Virus record (IMG/VR): IMGVR_UViG_3300027905_000003
Location: 1 to 58,945 of that record
From: a virus
Lineage: Duplodnaviria > Caudoviricetes
DNA length: 58,945 nucleotides
Direction: 5' to 3' (one strand)
Every line of letters begins with the position of its first letter. The stretch's first letter is position 1. Of the stretch, positions 38,482 through 50,450 are shown one piece after another. The notes below the pieces were generated by a model. The model saw nothing but the letters and a program-made list of their open reading frames with translations, ran no database searches and had not been told where the DNA came from. A program made the position numbers and the translations under genes.

Positions 38482-39141
38482 ATGACGACGGTCACCGGCA
38501 TCGACGTCGCGGGCGATGTCCGCCCCTACTTGCCGCAGTTCAAAGCGGCGGGGATCTCATTCGTGTTCCGCTACTACGCGCTGCAAGAAGACACGCGGAT
38601 TCCAGGGAAGATCATCTCGGCGGATGAAGCGCAAGCGATCAGCGCGGCGGGATTCAAACTGGGCGCGGTGTTCGAGAACGGACAGCCGACGACTCCGGAG
38701 TACTTCACGAGCGACCGGGGCCGAACCGACGCGGCCATCGCGTTGCAGTGCGCGGCGCGCATCGCGCAGCCCGCGAATACGCCGATCTTTTTCACGGTCG
38801 ACGGCGACCTGCCGTACGGAGACATCAGCACCGCGGTCTTCAACTATTTCGTCGGCATCCGGAACGCGATCTCACCCGCGTATCCGGTCGGGGTCTACGG
38901 CTCAGGATTAGTCTGCGAGAAGATGACGGACTGGGCGCTCGCCAAGTACTCCTGGCTCGCCGGCGCGAAAGACTGGGCGGGATACAGTGACTTCCTACCT
39001 CGCGCGACGATCGTCCAGGGATCACTGCCGGCCGCACTCCACGGGATTCCCGACTTCCCGTATTCGGACAGTGATGGGGATACGACATCGGCTATTGACT
39101 ACGGGGGATTTCAGGTGCCGGTCGACGTGAGTGCCGCATGA
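38482..39141 (+). CDS. DUF1906 (GH25-like) glycoside hydrolase, probable endolysin
   Basis: GIDV, FVFRYY, GAVFE, PIFFTVDGD and VGVYGSGLVC. Confidence 0.85.
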   Translation: MTTVTGIDVAGDVRPYLPQFKAAGISFVFRYYALQEDTRIPGKIISADEAQAISAAGFKLGAVFENGQPTTPEYFTSDRGRTDAAIALQCAARIAQPANTPIFFTVDGDLPYGDISTAVFNYFVGIRNAISPAYPVGVYGSGLVCEKMTDWALAKYSWLAGAKDWAGYSDFLPRATIVQGSLPAALHGIPDFPYSDSDGDTTSAIDYGGFQVPVDVSAA

Positions 39142-39925
39142 TTGAGTTTCTTGGTGGACCGAAGGATGGCGATGTCGAAGCGCCTGTCGGGGCCCTGCCC
39201 GCCGTGTTGCCGTGCCGAGACGGGTACTACTATCTGCGCGCTCGGCGCACCGACCTCGTGACGACAGCGTCCACGTGTGGCCCACTGCCCGTCGGCACGT
39301 ACGAGTATTCGTATCAGTGGCAGGCGACCGCATGAGAACCACCGTCAAGCGACTGATCAAGGCACTCGGTGAGTACCCGCCGGATGCCGTTGTGCTCGTG
39401 CCAGAGTTTCCGTCGGGCCGTGTGCGGGATCTCATCCTCGCGGGGCGGGAGATCATGCAGGTCGATGCCAAGCGGGTCGTGCGCTCCCGGACGGTCCCGA
39501 ACCGGCGCCACGAACACGCTAGGCCCCGGCGGGTCCGCTTCACGGAGTACGAGCTCCGACGCTATGGCTCGAAGCTGAAAGCGCCTCGCGGGTTTCCGGT
39601 CAAGGCCGTGTACTTCAACATCGCTGATGAGTAGCGATAGGAGCCCCATGACGATGCCACCGATGACGCCAGCCATGGCCGCCGACCTCACGCGCCAGTT
39701 CGACATCGTGAATGCGCTGCAGGCTGCCGAAGACCTCGTGCGCAAGCAGCTCCGGGAAGGGAAGGCGACCTACACGAAGCTCAGCGATGAGTGTGATGCC
39801 GCGGCGACCGCCACGCACGAGGCGCGTCGAGAATTGCTGCGGTTATTGGTGCGACAGGGCGTGCCGGAGATATTCATCGCGGCCGGTTCCTGAGAGCCTC
39901 AACCTCTTTCACGGAGTGATCCGTT

Positions 39926-40162
39926 ATGACGACCCCCCCCGCTCAGACGCCCGGCGGATTTAGCCCGCGGCCCCCCGTACCGACCCGGAGCTCCGGCTGG
40001 TGGACGACCGTGGTCTCCACGGTGGTCACCGTCCTCGGTTTCTTGGACAGCCAGCAGGTCATCGCCCTCTTGCCCGCCAAGTGGGGGACGGTCCTCGCGG
40101 CCTTGGGCGCGGGCGCGGCCGCCTTCGGGCTCGTCAAGCATACCGACCAGTCGACGAGCTGA
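39926..40162 (+). CDS. Holin-like two-TM protein
   Basis: Two hydrophobic helices, located near the lysin. Confidence 0.5.
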   Translation: MTTPPAQTPGGFSPRPPVPTRSSGWWTTVVSTVVTVLGFLDSQQVIALLPAKWGTVLAALGAGAAAFGLVKHTDQSTS

Positions 40163-40166
40163 CGCC

Positions 40167-40511
40167 ATGGATACGATCCTTTCCATCATTCAGGAGCTGA
40201 TCGCGCTCTTGGGTTCAGCGAGTCTCGCCGCCGATCTCGCGACGATCGAATCCATCGCGAGCCAGCTCGTAGTCCTGGTGCGGGGCAAGAACGCGCTGCG
40301 CGACGTCCAGGCGCAGGATGCGTACAATGCCGCCGTCCTTGGGTCGGTGACCGCCGCGCAGTACCTGTATCACAACAGCCGGCCGGACTCGGGGATGCCG
40401 CACCAGGACATCGTGGACGGCCAGTTCTATTGGGCGAAGCTGTTGACGGCCGGCTGGACCGTGACCAACGAGACCGTAGTCCCTCCCGTCAGCTCGGCAC
40501 CGACGTCATGA
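40167..40511 (+). CDS. Hypothetical protein, distant paralogue of 24009 and 26625
   Basis: DTILSIIQELIAL resembles DVLLSILGILIAL of 24009; AYNAAVLGSV...LLTAGW. Confidence 0.55.
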   Translation: MDTILSIIQELIALLGSASLAADLATIESIASQLVVLVRGKNALRDVQAQDAYNAAVLGSVTAAQYLYHNSRPDSGMPHQDIVDGQFYWAKLLTAGWTVTNETVVPPVSSAPTS

Positions 40512-41019
40512 CGAACCTGGAGGCCTACGCCTTGGGGGTCTTCTCGGGTGGCATCGTTACGGCGCTGGCCCTGGCGATCATCGCCAGAAGGTTGATGGTC
40601 ATCGGGCAAGAATGGATGGAGCGGAAAGGATTGACTCCGTGAATGCCCGCCAATGGGCTGGGATTACCGCCTGCCTGGCGCTCCTGGGCGCGGCGATAGC
40701 CGGAGTAGCTCTGGACAGAGTCCCGCATCATCGCGGGCATTCTGAAGCTCTCCAAGCCCATTCGTCCCGATGAGCCCCCTCGGCCGGATGCGGGTCTCCA
40801 AACGGGACCTCTCTCATGTCCTCCACAGCGTGGCCAAATGCCGGGCGCTCGAGAAGCCCGGGTCATCCTTCGCCAACTGGGCCATCACCTTCACGGAACG
40901 GCTCCGGAAGTTCTTAGGGGGAGGGAAGGCCATCGGGGAACTGGAGTGGGAGTTGGCGGAGGAAGAGAGACCACCGGCCCCTGGCAAGGCACCGGAGCCT
41001 TGATAGATTGTCGGATGAA

Positions 41020-41088
41020 CGCCGGGGGAGCGGTCTCCAAGAGAGCCTCATAAGCTCACTGCCGTCAGTTCGACTCTGACCCTGGCTA
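41020..41088 (+). tRNA. Atypical tRNA-like gene with CAT anticodon (Met/fMet-like)
   Basis: GCCGGG/CCTGGC acceptor with C1-U72 mismatch, minimal D arm GGAG-CGGT-CTCC, GAGC-CTCATAA-GCTC and GTCAG-TTCGACT-CTGAC. Confidence 0.6.
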
Positions 41089-41402
41089 CTTTGGAGGGAG
41101 CGTCGCGCCGTTTTTCCGGAACCTCTAACCGCCCTGTGGCGGGATGACAGTACGGGTTGCGGCGGTGTGTCTCAACAGCAAGACCGGGTGTTTGAGACCA
41201 TCCGGTTGATAGACCTTCCCTCCACTCAAATTTGGCGTCAGGGGTAACGGACTACGGGCTGCACGGCTTGCGTTTTGTTGCTCTGACCGTGGCTCGTCTG
41301 TAGCCCTGGCGCCGACCCAGCGACGATCGCGCGCAGGCACAGGGCCGATGTCGGGTTCCGCTTGCCAGTTGAGAACTGGCGCGATCTTCTTCTTTCAAGG
41401 CT

Positions 41403-41474
41403 GCGAGATTAGCTCAACGGGTAGAGCGCTCCTTCGCCATGGGAGAGCCACAGGTTCAAGTCCTGTATCTCGCT
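41403..41474 (+). tRNA. trnG: tRNA-Gly(GCC)
   Basis: GCGAGAT/ATCTCGC acceptor, U73, CTCCT-TCGCCAT-GGGAG (C at position 33), ACAGG-TTCAAGT-CCTGT. Confidence 0.85.
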
Positions 41475-43049
41475 TGAATGACCACCACGAGGGATAGACC
41501 GAGAACAGTCAACAGCAAGGTCAAGGGCCGACGACAAAGGCCCATTGGCGGGGTCGCTCCCCGCGTGCCCGGCGCGGTTCGTCGACAAGGCGGCCGCGCC
41601 GTGGTATTGTTGGCCCCCATGGGTGGCATCGCGTGCGAATAATCCTTGAGAGCGACACGAATCCCGAAGATGATGGGCTTCCGAATCGGCCACTTACTAT
41701 GACGCGTGCTAAACGACACTTGCGTGGCGCTACCCTAGATGTTTGGCTGAATGAAAGGTCGAAGGATGACTGGTGCGCGCTAATGGGTGCGATGCGCCTG
41801 TTCGAGAGCATTTCCTTGTACGGCGCCGAGGTGGTACCAACTCCGTTGCGAGACTTGTTGATCGCGGCGGGTAGTGAGCCGTCCCCGTTCCCACCCGATA
41901 CGGAGTAGCTCCGATGTGCAAAGCCACTGGACCCTGCTACTGCGACATCTGTCAGGCTGATCGGAAGAGAGCCTTGCTCGCGCACATGGACAAGTGCGAG
42001 CCGTGTCGTACCGGACAGGGGCTGTGCGCGACCGGCGATGAACTGGCGCTGGCCTTGCGCGATCCCAAAGCGATCTACATCACGCGGGGGAGTGGGGGCT
42101 CAACGGTGGGTCCCGGAACGTGACGACGCCCGAGAGGATCGAGGAGTGTGTCGCGGCGCTGTGTCTGACCTTTGGGATCACGCGCGACGGCTCGGATGAC
42201 GATGACTCGACGATCTACTGGGTCGATGCCGAACCGGGGCCGGTGAGCTATGGCGACTTCCCTGACGCCTTAAAGGCTGCGGTGAACTTGAACATCGAAC
42301 AGCGTCTGGCCGCCGTCGAGGCGATCGTCTCGCGTCTCAATGGACAGGCAATGTGGAGTCGGCCGATGGACGTATGAAATACCGCGCCCAGCTTGCGATC
42401 GAATTGGAGATGCACGAAAACAGCCCACAACTGGCGGCGCGCTGCCTCGACAGCATCGTTGATCGAATGAGGCATGATTGGCACGGCAACCGGATAACGC
42501 GGGTCGACATCGAGGATCTTGAACCCGTCGTTGATCCTTCTCGGTCTATCCCATAGCGTTTGAGAGCCCGGCCGAGTAGGACGCGCCGGGGGCGACGCGA
42601 ACTGAATATGATCAGCAATGACGAATTGGACCGGATCGAACAGAAAGCGGTAGGCGAGGCCAAGGCTCACAGCTTTCTCATGCCCGAGGCATGGGGGCGA
42701 ACGGCGCGTCTGATCGCCATCCTACGCGATCGCTTTCCCATGGTGCGCGTCGGGGGCGACGCGAACTGAAAACACACCCGTACAGGACTTGACGCACTTG
42801 CCGGCCAACGTGATCTGTGGGACCGCTGGCGATCGACGTGACACACATCGATGGGCGCAGATCACCCGGTCCTGCGGGCGCCCACGGGTCAGCCATAGCA
42901 TCGGGGTAGGTCTCGTTTCAGACGCGTGTTGAAACCCGCTGGGCCCCAGCGGGCGGGGGTCGGTGACCCGTTGACATCCCGTACGGCCGACGCCAAGGAC
43001 GAGACGCGCCCTACTGGTGATCCCAGCAGGGCGTTCTTACGTTCAAGGC

Positions 43050-43511
43050 ATGCCATTCGTGAAAGGCGACCGCGTCCGCCTGAGGCGCAACGGTCGTATA
43101 GGCACCATCGAAGCCGTCCGGATGAACGGCTATCAGATCCTCATGGACGACAACGGACTCGTCGAGTTCTGGCCCAGTGGGCAAGCGGTCCCGCTCGAAG
43201 CGAGGCCGACCAAGGTAGAATGGGAGACGGTCCACTACCCACAGTGGGCAGATGCCCCGCTTTCAATCCCGCTGCCGCCCGACTTTGAGCCGCCCGAGCT
43301 GGCGGTCATCCTGACTCACGCCATCCCGATCGAACCGATGCCTACCAAGCCCTGCCCGCTCGACGGTGCGGACTCAGAAGTTCTCGTGACCGACAGCGAT
43401 TACCGCTACCAGTGCATCAAATGCGGCAACCGGTTCAACGAAGCGGGAGAGATCCAACCACGATGGGATGACGACTGGGACGAGGGACACCCGGAAGGCG
43501 AAGGCGCCTAG
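43050..43511 (+). CDS. KOW/SH3-like plus zinc-ribbon protein
   Basis: FVKGDRVRL...GTIEAV; CPLD...CIKCG. Confidence 0.55.
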   Translation: MPFVKGDRVRLRRNGRIGTIEAVRMNGYQILMDDNGLVEFWPSGQAVPLEARPTKVEWETVHYPQWADAPLSIPLPPDFEPPELAVILTHAIPIEPMPTKPCPLDGADSEVLVTDSDYRYQCIKCGNRFNEAGEIQPRWDDDWDEGHPEGEGA

Positions 43512-44621
43512 CGCTTTGCATAGCCGGAACGGGTGTGATATTCTCAGGGACTATGAGCCAGCGCTCCGAACTTTTCCTAGGCGATGACGCACGGCGCGGG
43601 CAGATGGAGCGCTCCGAAACGCCGCGCTACTGGCCACGCGAGAAGAACTCGGCCCTGCTACGCTCCGACTGGGGGCGAGGTGCCAAGCTCTCCGATCCTG
43701 GGCACGTCGCGATGCCTCGGAAGCACAAAGGCTGGCATTCGTGAGCTCTCCCAACCTCCTCCCCGACGCCCACACCCAAGGCCGGCGCACCGAGCAGCAA
43801 GCTGGTCGCCTGGACTTAACGAGCGACTACGGAGAATCCTGGGCGGTCGATGCCGTCTGCTCCTGCGGGATGCGGTGGCACACGATGACGGGACGTCGGG
43901 ACAAAGCCAAGCGGAAAGCGGCGATCGAGGCGTCGGTCGACGCGCACCGGCATCGCCAGCACTGCGTCTTGCTTCGGGAAACCCGCTACCGGCTCTTCAA
44001 CTCCAAGCTCGTGGCGATGCACGTGGCCACCTATCTCTTGTCCGCCTTAGATCAGATCGCCTGATATGCCACAAATGGAAATGCTGAACGAGCGGAACGC
44101 CTCGGTCTCCGGACAGGTGGCCGGCATTCGGATTGAGTCGGCGGGAGACGCTTCGGGGACGACGATGCTCTCGATCGAGACGCGCGAGGGCAAGTCCTAC
44201 GGCTTCCCGTTGTCTGAGCGGGAAACGCGCGCCCTCTGTGGACTCCTCTTTGCGTCGGCTGAATGCGGCAAAGTCGACAAGTGAATTGCTTATGTCTTTC
44301 CATTTCCGAGCGTGACACATGAACCGCCAGCCGCAGGAGCCGCTACACTACGATCGCGTCGGCTTCATCAAGTATCGGCCGATACCGGGCGGACCCGAGC
44401 ATAGCGTCGAGGTTCAAGCCCTGCCGTCGGGGTTTGAGCCGAACGATCTCCGGCCCTACGTTCGTGTCATCTTTCGCGACGAGCGGGAGCAGGCAGCACT
44501 GACTGCGGACCTCTGTCCGGACCAGGCCCACGGCATCATCCAGGCGCTCGGCCTGGCGTTGGGGCGACTGCCGCCGGTGGATGCGAGTGGGCGACCCATG
44601 AGCAAACCGACTGCGTGACCT

Positions 44622-44939
44622 ATGTCTATCCGATTTCAACTCTCCGACGTCGACCCCGAAGACGACGACCTCCTCGACGAAGCTGATGAGGAAGACGACG
44701 GATCACGCTGCGAGCACGGGAAGCTCCTGATCGAACTCTGCATCGACTGCGACGCCGAGGACGAGGCGTTGGATGAGGAGGAGGAGGACGACGACGACGA
44801 CGATCTCGAATACGACGCCGACGATCTGGACGAGGAGGACGACTTCGAGGATGACGACGACGACCTCGACGATGACGATGACGATCTAGACGACGAGGAT
44901 GACGAAGAAGAAGCGCCGGACGATGCCATCCAAGCCTGA
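44622..44939 (+). CDS. Extremely acidic Asp/Glu-rich protein with CEH...CIDC
   Basis: Over half the residues are D/E; next ORF overlaps. Confidence 0.7.
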   Translation: MSIRFQLSDVDPEDDDLLDEADEEDDGSRCEHGKLLIELCIDCDAEDEALDEEEEDDDDDDLEYDADDLDEEDDFEDDDDDLDDDDDDLDDEDDEEEAPDDAIQA

Positions 44940-45940
44940 CCCCGAGAACGGCCTCCCCGCCCCGACCGCCGAGCAGCGGGCCGAATTGGCTGATGCTCTG
45001 GCCGAGCTCCGCGAGTCTCGCGATGCACCCGTCCCCGAGTCCGTCCGCGTCATCCCGTCCAAGAACGTCTCCCGCCAGACGGCCCGACTCCTGAACGGCG
45101 CCTGGGCGAACTTGACCCGGGAGTGCGCCGAGATCGCGCACGATGCGGCGCAAGATGAAGGGATCGATGAATCGGTCTACAAGCTCGTATGGGTGCCGGG
45201 GCAGCCGGCGCACTGGGCGGCCAAGTGAACCAGCGGATGAGTCTCGACTGCGCGTCGCATGGCGGAACAGAGGATTGGCTCGCGATCTGCGTCCATGTGC
45301 GCGATGGCGTGCGCCCGTTCTACTTCGAGATGCCGAGTCCCGAACGACCCGGACAAGCGATGTGTGCCGAGTGCTACCGCGCGCCCGTCACTCGGCCATC
45401 CCCGGTTCCCGTCTGTGCGGGGTGCTACCGCACAACGATCGCCGCCCAATTCCCGCCTCTTTGAATGTCCCGCCGTCCCCGGACCGGTCTACCTGTATCT
45501 CTCGACAAGGCCATCATCCAGCACGCCTTGGTGAGTGCCTCGTACGCGGTACGACATGGGATGAAGCGCGTCATGGGAACTCCATTAGGTTCAGTGTTCG
45601 CCCACGGGGTCGGGATGCACAACCCAAAGAACGGCGTCGACTGTCATCCGGATCCGGAGTGTCCGACGTGCAGAAGAGAGCGTCGCCGTGGCTGACGCAC
45701 CGGAGAACGCACCGCAGTGGGGATATTTAACGTGTTCCTGGTGTGGCGGAGACACGTTCGCGGACGGGACAGGGCCCTGCCATCATTGCGGGCATGCATT
45801 GAGCAGTCAGGCGCCACCGCATGAGCACGTCCACATGGAACGCCAGGACGCGGTACTGCGACGGATCGCCAAGTACCTGGGTGAAATCGCAGCGACCCTT
45901 GAAAATCGGTATTCGTCGAATGGGTGATCAGGCCCCGACG

Positions 45941-46196
45941 TGTCGACGGGAGCGGAGACGATGAGCACCTACAACGTCGAAGCTTTGTACGGCGAGAAGA
46001 CTCTGCAATTTCCGGAAGGCGCTCCCGGTTTCCGACAAGTATTACGCGCCATAACGACTGGTCAATCTCTCTCGGATGTAGCGAGGTTTGCCGCTGGCAT
46101 CGAGCGCCTGAGCATCGAGGAGCGGGGTGATTGCGTGTTCACCATTCGCGTGACAAAGACGCTGTGATCTGTCGACGGGAGCGAAGACGATGAGCA
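45941..46196 (+). repeat. 27-bp near-identical direct repeat (45941-45967 and 46170-46196) containing RBS and start codon
   Basis: TGTCGACGGGAGCG[G/A]AGACGATGAGCA brackets ORF 45961-46167. Confidence 0.85.
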
Positions 46197-47904
46197 AACC
46201 CCTGCGCAGGAACAAGCCGCTGGACCAACTGACCGCCGATGAATTGGACGCAGCCGCTTCGCGCAACGAACGGCTGGTCGCCATGCACGATCTGTTGGGA
46301 TTCGAGGACCGCTACGGGGAATATCGGACCATGCGGTTGGTGGCGCTTGGGCTTCGAGCGATGGGCGGCCTGCGACGAGCCAACCCCAATGCCGAATGGG
46401 CGTGGATCGTTGAGGCCACGCGGGCGGCGGTGGCGGGAGCTTCACCGTGAGCGACACCGAGACACCGGAAGATGCGGCTGCGAATCAGTTGCGCTCCGAC
46501 TTCGCCTATGCGCTCTGGACCGTGATCTTGCTATTCGAGAACGAGGGCGTGCCGCGAGCGACGAGCCACGACATCATCGCGCATTTCGCTTCGGCTTCGG
46601 AAGACGCCTGGTGGACGGCGCTCGCCGCCACCGCACGCCGTCGGGAGCGACAGGCGATCGGCCGCGCCGTTTTTGATCGTTCTCGGTCCACCCCTGATGT
46701 TAGTTCGGAGCATCCGTAGTGCGCACGGCAGTCCTGGAAGTCGAAGCCACTGCGGAAGAGGCCGAGCACACGGCGCGCGCGATCGCGTTCTATCTCGTCG
46801 CCGGCCCCTCGCCCTTACCCCACCGTGTCATGGAGTATCTCCGGGACGTGCGCGATGAGGCGTTAGACATGGTCGACGATTTGCGAGCCGGGAACCGTCG
46901 GCGTGGCGACTGATCGGCTTGGGACGGACTCGCGCGGATGAGCCGCTTCATGCCTTACCACGTCATGACGGAAGCCGAGGAACGGGAGTGGCGCGCCTCG
47001 ATCCCGCACTGGAAACTCGCGGGCTATCGCCTCAACTGCGGGCACCGCGTCTGGACGAATACGCAGTTTCGAGCGACCGGGGACTGCCGGTTGTATTGCG
47101 CGACGTGCCAGTCGTGGGAGTGGGCGACCTGTGAGTTCCCGGCATCGGGGACCTGGGGACATTTTCATCTGCCCGATGAAAGGGTCGAGCGCTTGATCAC
47201 GGAGAGGCTGGCGGCGTGATCGCCCTCATCGTCATCGCCGGCATTGTGCTCTATGTCGTGGGCGGTTTCGTCACCTACGGATACATCCACTACTCGCAGG
47301 TCGTCTATCCCGAGCGGTGGAAGGATTCCGACACTGAGGAGATCGCGCTGTTCTTTGGATCCATTCTCTGGCCGCTCGCGTGGCTGCTGTTCATCCCGAT
47401 GTTCGCGGCCGCGCGAGTCGCCGATCGCATCGCCGAACGGGGGAAGGAGACGCGCAAACTCGCTGAGGCGAACGAACGGGAGATCAAACGCGCGATGCGA
47501 GAGTTGGAATAACGAATGGGCGTCATCTACTGGATACGGAACCGAGCGACGGGCGAAGCGTTCGATCTCGACAAGCACGGGTACCATATCATGGTCGACG
47601 ACGACCCGGACGAGGGCCAGCCGGGTCGAGGACTTGATCCGATCATGAGCGGGGACGACGTGGAGGCGAGCACGGCGCGTCTCCTCCGGTACGTTCGCGA
47701 CCGACATCCTGGCGCTGACCGTTCCCTCGTGCCCGACTACGAGAAGTACGTCCGCCAGCAATGGCATCGGTGGCGCGCGCGGAATCCCGGCCCCTTAGAG
47801 ATTCAGAACGATGCGTCGTGCGACTGGGATGACGATCCAGATGCGTTTACGGGAGGCATCATGATGGAGACGGAATACGACCATCGCGCCGGTCACGGGG
47901 ACAA

Positions 47905-49083
47905 GTGGCGATGAGCTTCTACTCCGCCCTCCCCCTCTTAACCACCAACGCCCTCACGACCGATGAGTGGCGGGATCTCGTGAGCGCCTGGCGCGACACC
48001 CCCTACGTCCCGAACTACGCCTACCGGCTCTCCCACGTCTACCATCACGCCGGCCGGAAGGACCTGGCCCAGGAGCTCGTGCAAATCGCCTTCCGCTTGG
48101 ACCACGACCGCCCGGACTCGGTCTGGCTCCGGGCCCAGGAGCGCATCCGCCTAGGGGATTTTGGAGGGTGGAGGGAATATCAGACCCGCTGGTCCGACCC
48201 GGCATTCCTGCAAGGCCACGATTACCAGCACTGGTTCGGGAACCGGGTGATGTGGGACGGGGTCGAGGACTTGTCGGGCAAGAGCTTGCTGGTGGTGCAA
48301 GAGCAAGGGATGGGCGATTGCATCCAGATGCTCCGCTATCTCGCCGTCGTGTCCCGAGTGGTGGGCAGAGTGTACGCCTTCGTGCATCCCAGCATTCGCC
48401 GCGTGGTTGAAGCGTCGTACGGCGGCGTGCTCGAACGATGGGACGCGACTCGGGTCCGAGGGCCAGAGGATCTGCCGCAGACCGATCGCCACATCGGCAT
48501 CATGAGCTTGCCGGGAATCTTTGGCCCGCTCAAGGATGGAGATCGGGCGATGCCCTGGCCGCTCAAAGAGCCGGGGAAGGACCTGGGGGGAACGGGACTC
48601 GTCTGGCGGGGGAACCCGAAGAACGCGAACGATGCCAACCGGTCGATGCCCCGAGAGGCATACGAACTGCTCGTTGGGTCGCTGCAAGGCGTCGCGTACT
48701 GGCCGCTCTACTCGTTCCAGTTTGGCGAGGGGGCCGATTGGTGGTACCGCACCCGACCCGACAACCCCAAGCTCCGCGATGTCCTCTGCCATCCGCTCCC
48801 GCCGAGCACAGGCGACTGGTTCGACACGGCCAAGTCCCTCCGACGGATCGACCGCCTGGTGACGATCGACTCCGCGGTGATGCACTTGGCGGGCTCGCTC
48901 GGGGTCGAGACGTGGTGCCTTTTGTGTTACCCGGACGACTTCAGGTTTCCGATCGCTGGTGATTACGATCAGTGGTACGATTCGGTCCGGCTCATCCGAC
49001 AGGAGAAACCGGGGGACTGGGACTCGTGCATTCGGCAATTACTGGCGAGATTGAAGGGAGAGGCCGCAGGGGTTAGTGTCTAG
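47905..49083 (+). CDS. GT9-like glycosyltransferase
   Basis: EQGMGDCIQMLRY, GLVWRGNP..NDANRSM, LVTIDSAVMHLAGSLG, VRLIRQ..PGDW. Confidence 0.85.
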   Translation: MAMSFYSALPLLTTNALTTDEWRDLVSAWRDTPYVPNYAYRLSHVYHHAGRKDLAQELVQIAFRLDHDRPDSVWLRAQERIRLGDFGGWREYQTRWSDPAFLQGHDYQHWFGNRVMWDGVEDLSGKSLLVVQEQGMGDCIQMLRYLAVVSRVVGRVYAFVHPSIRRVVEASYGGVLERWDATRVRGPEDLPQTDRHIGIMSLPGIFGPLKDGDRAMPWPLKEPGKDLGGTGLVWRGNPKNANDANRSMPREAYELLVGSLQGVAYWPLYSFQFGEGADWWYRTRPDNPKLRDVLCHPLPPSTGDWFDTAKSLRRIDRLVTIDSAVMHLAGSLGVETWCLLCYPDDFRFPIAGDYDQWYDSVRLIRQEKPGDWDSCIRQLLARLKGEAAGVSV

Positions 49084-49139
49084 CGGCAGCACGGCGGGTT
49101 GTGGCTCCGTCAGGATGGGTTCGAGTCCCATACCCCTGA
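49066..49139 (+). tRNA. trnH: tRNA-His(GTG), overlapping the GT gene stop codon
   Basis: G-1, CAGGGGT/ACCCCTG, GCGGG-TTGTGGC-TCCGT and ATGGG-TTCGAGT-CCCAT. Confidence 0.85.
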
Positions 49140-50450
49140 CTTGAAATCGGGAGCGCGATGGCTCGACCACCGTACGACCACCAACCGGAACTGTGGGCCT
49201 GTGACCGCTGCGGAGCAGTCTACATGGATCTCTCTCGCGTCCGGGCGGTGAGCGATGGCAACGATCCCGAGACGGGAGAGGTCATCCACGTCTGTTCGGC
49301 GCCGAGCAGCTTAGAGTTCTCGACTGCGTGCGAGGGCACGGTGAGGCTCCGGGCACGGCTGACGAGTTGGATTCGCGAACGACGCGAGACAATGGGACTG
49401 CCATGATGAGACGACGCGACTTTCTTCTGATCGGCGCGGGGTCGGCCTGTTGGCTGTTGCTCTCGCGCCTGCCGTTCAGCACGAGCGCCACGAAGCGGGT
49501 CGGTGCCTGGGTCGAGTGCCAGAGTCTCATTACAGCGTTGGGCGGACGCGGGCGGGTGCAGTACTTCTACGACCCCCGCGTGGGCGTGATGGTCGACGAG
49601 GATGGCTTGGGGCCTGCGCCTGGTGGCGGGTACGGGTGCGCGCGCTTCGGGCCTCCCGTGCTGTCGGTGAAAGAGGCTCAGGCATTGTGGAAATGGGCCT
49701 TGCACGCGAAGGCGGAGATCGCGTGAGCGAGAACGTCATCCGGCGTCTACACGAGGCCCGCGATGCCGGTTAGAGACGTGGGGCACATCGGTGACATGAG
49801 CGTGCATCTGCACACCGATGTGCAAAGCCAGTTCGCCCCGATGGTGAAACTCATCAAGACTGAGCTGGATCGAGACCCTGGCATGCGACTCACCCTGGAC
49901 GAGTCCGTGGAACTCGCCCGCCTCTTGATCAAAACGGCGGCCGCCAACGGGTGGGGATCGGATGATCCGGATCGTCTGCGGATCATTGCGTGGGCACAGG
50001 TCAAACATGGCTGAACCAATCCACGACCGTCAGTGCGACATGGTCTTTGACGCCGTGATGGGTGTCGGGACCGATGGCCGACGCTTCGGGACCAACTTCC
50101 GCTGCACCCGTGCCGGAACGAATACGGTAGAGCGCCGATGCATAGACGCCTCTTGTCAGAAGTATCACGTCTTCCATTTCTGCGATCACTGCTACGAGAT
50201 GGTGAAAGACTGATGCGATCCTCCCCGTACCTCGACGAGATCCTCGGCCGGCATCCCGACCAGGCGACACTCGTCTGTGCGAAGTGCGGCGCGCGACAGT
50301 TCTTCACCCATCACGAGCCGTCAAGGCCGGCTCTCACGCTCTGGCGCTGGACGCTGATCGCCGCGACGCCGGAGCATCTCCGGTATGCGTGCTGCAACTG
50401 CGGGTATGCGTTCACGGCTCCCGTCGGCACGTACAAAGCGAAGCGGGGCG

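Noticed and set aside
41092-41400. tmRNA, SRP RNA or 6S RNA
   Set aside because: No tmRNA acceptor or tag, and no SRP GGAA-loop motif recognised; kept as unknown structure.
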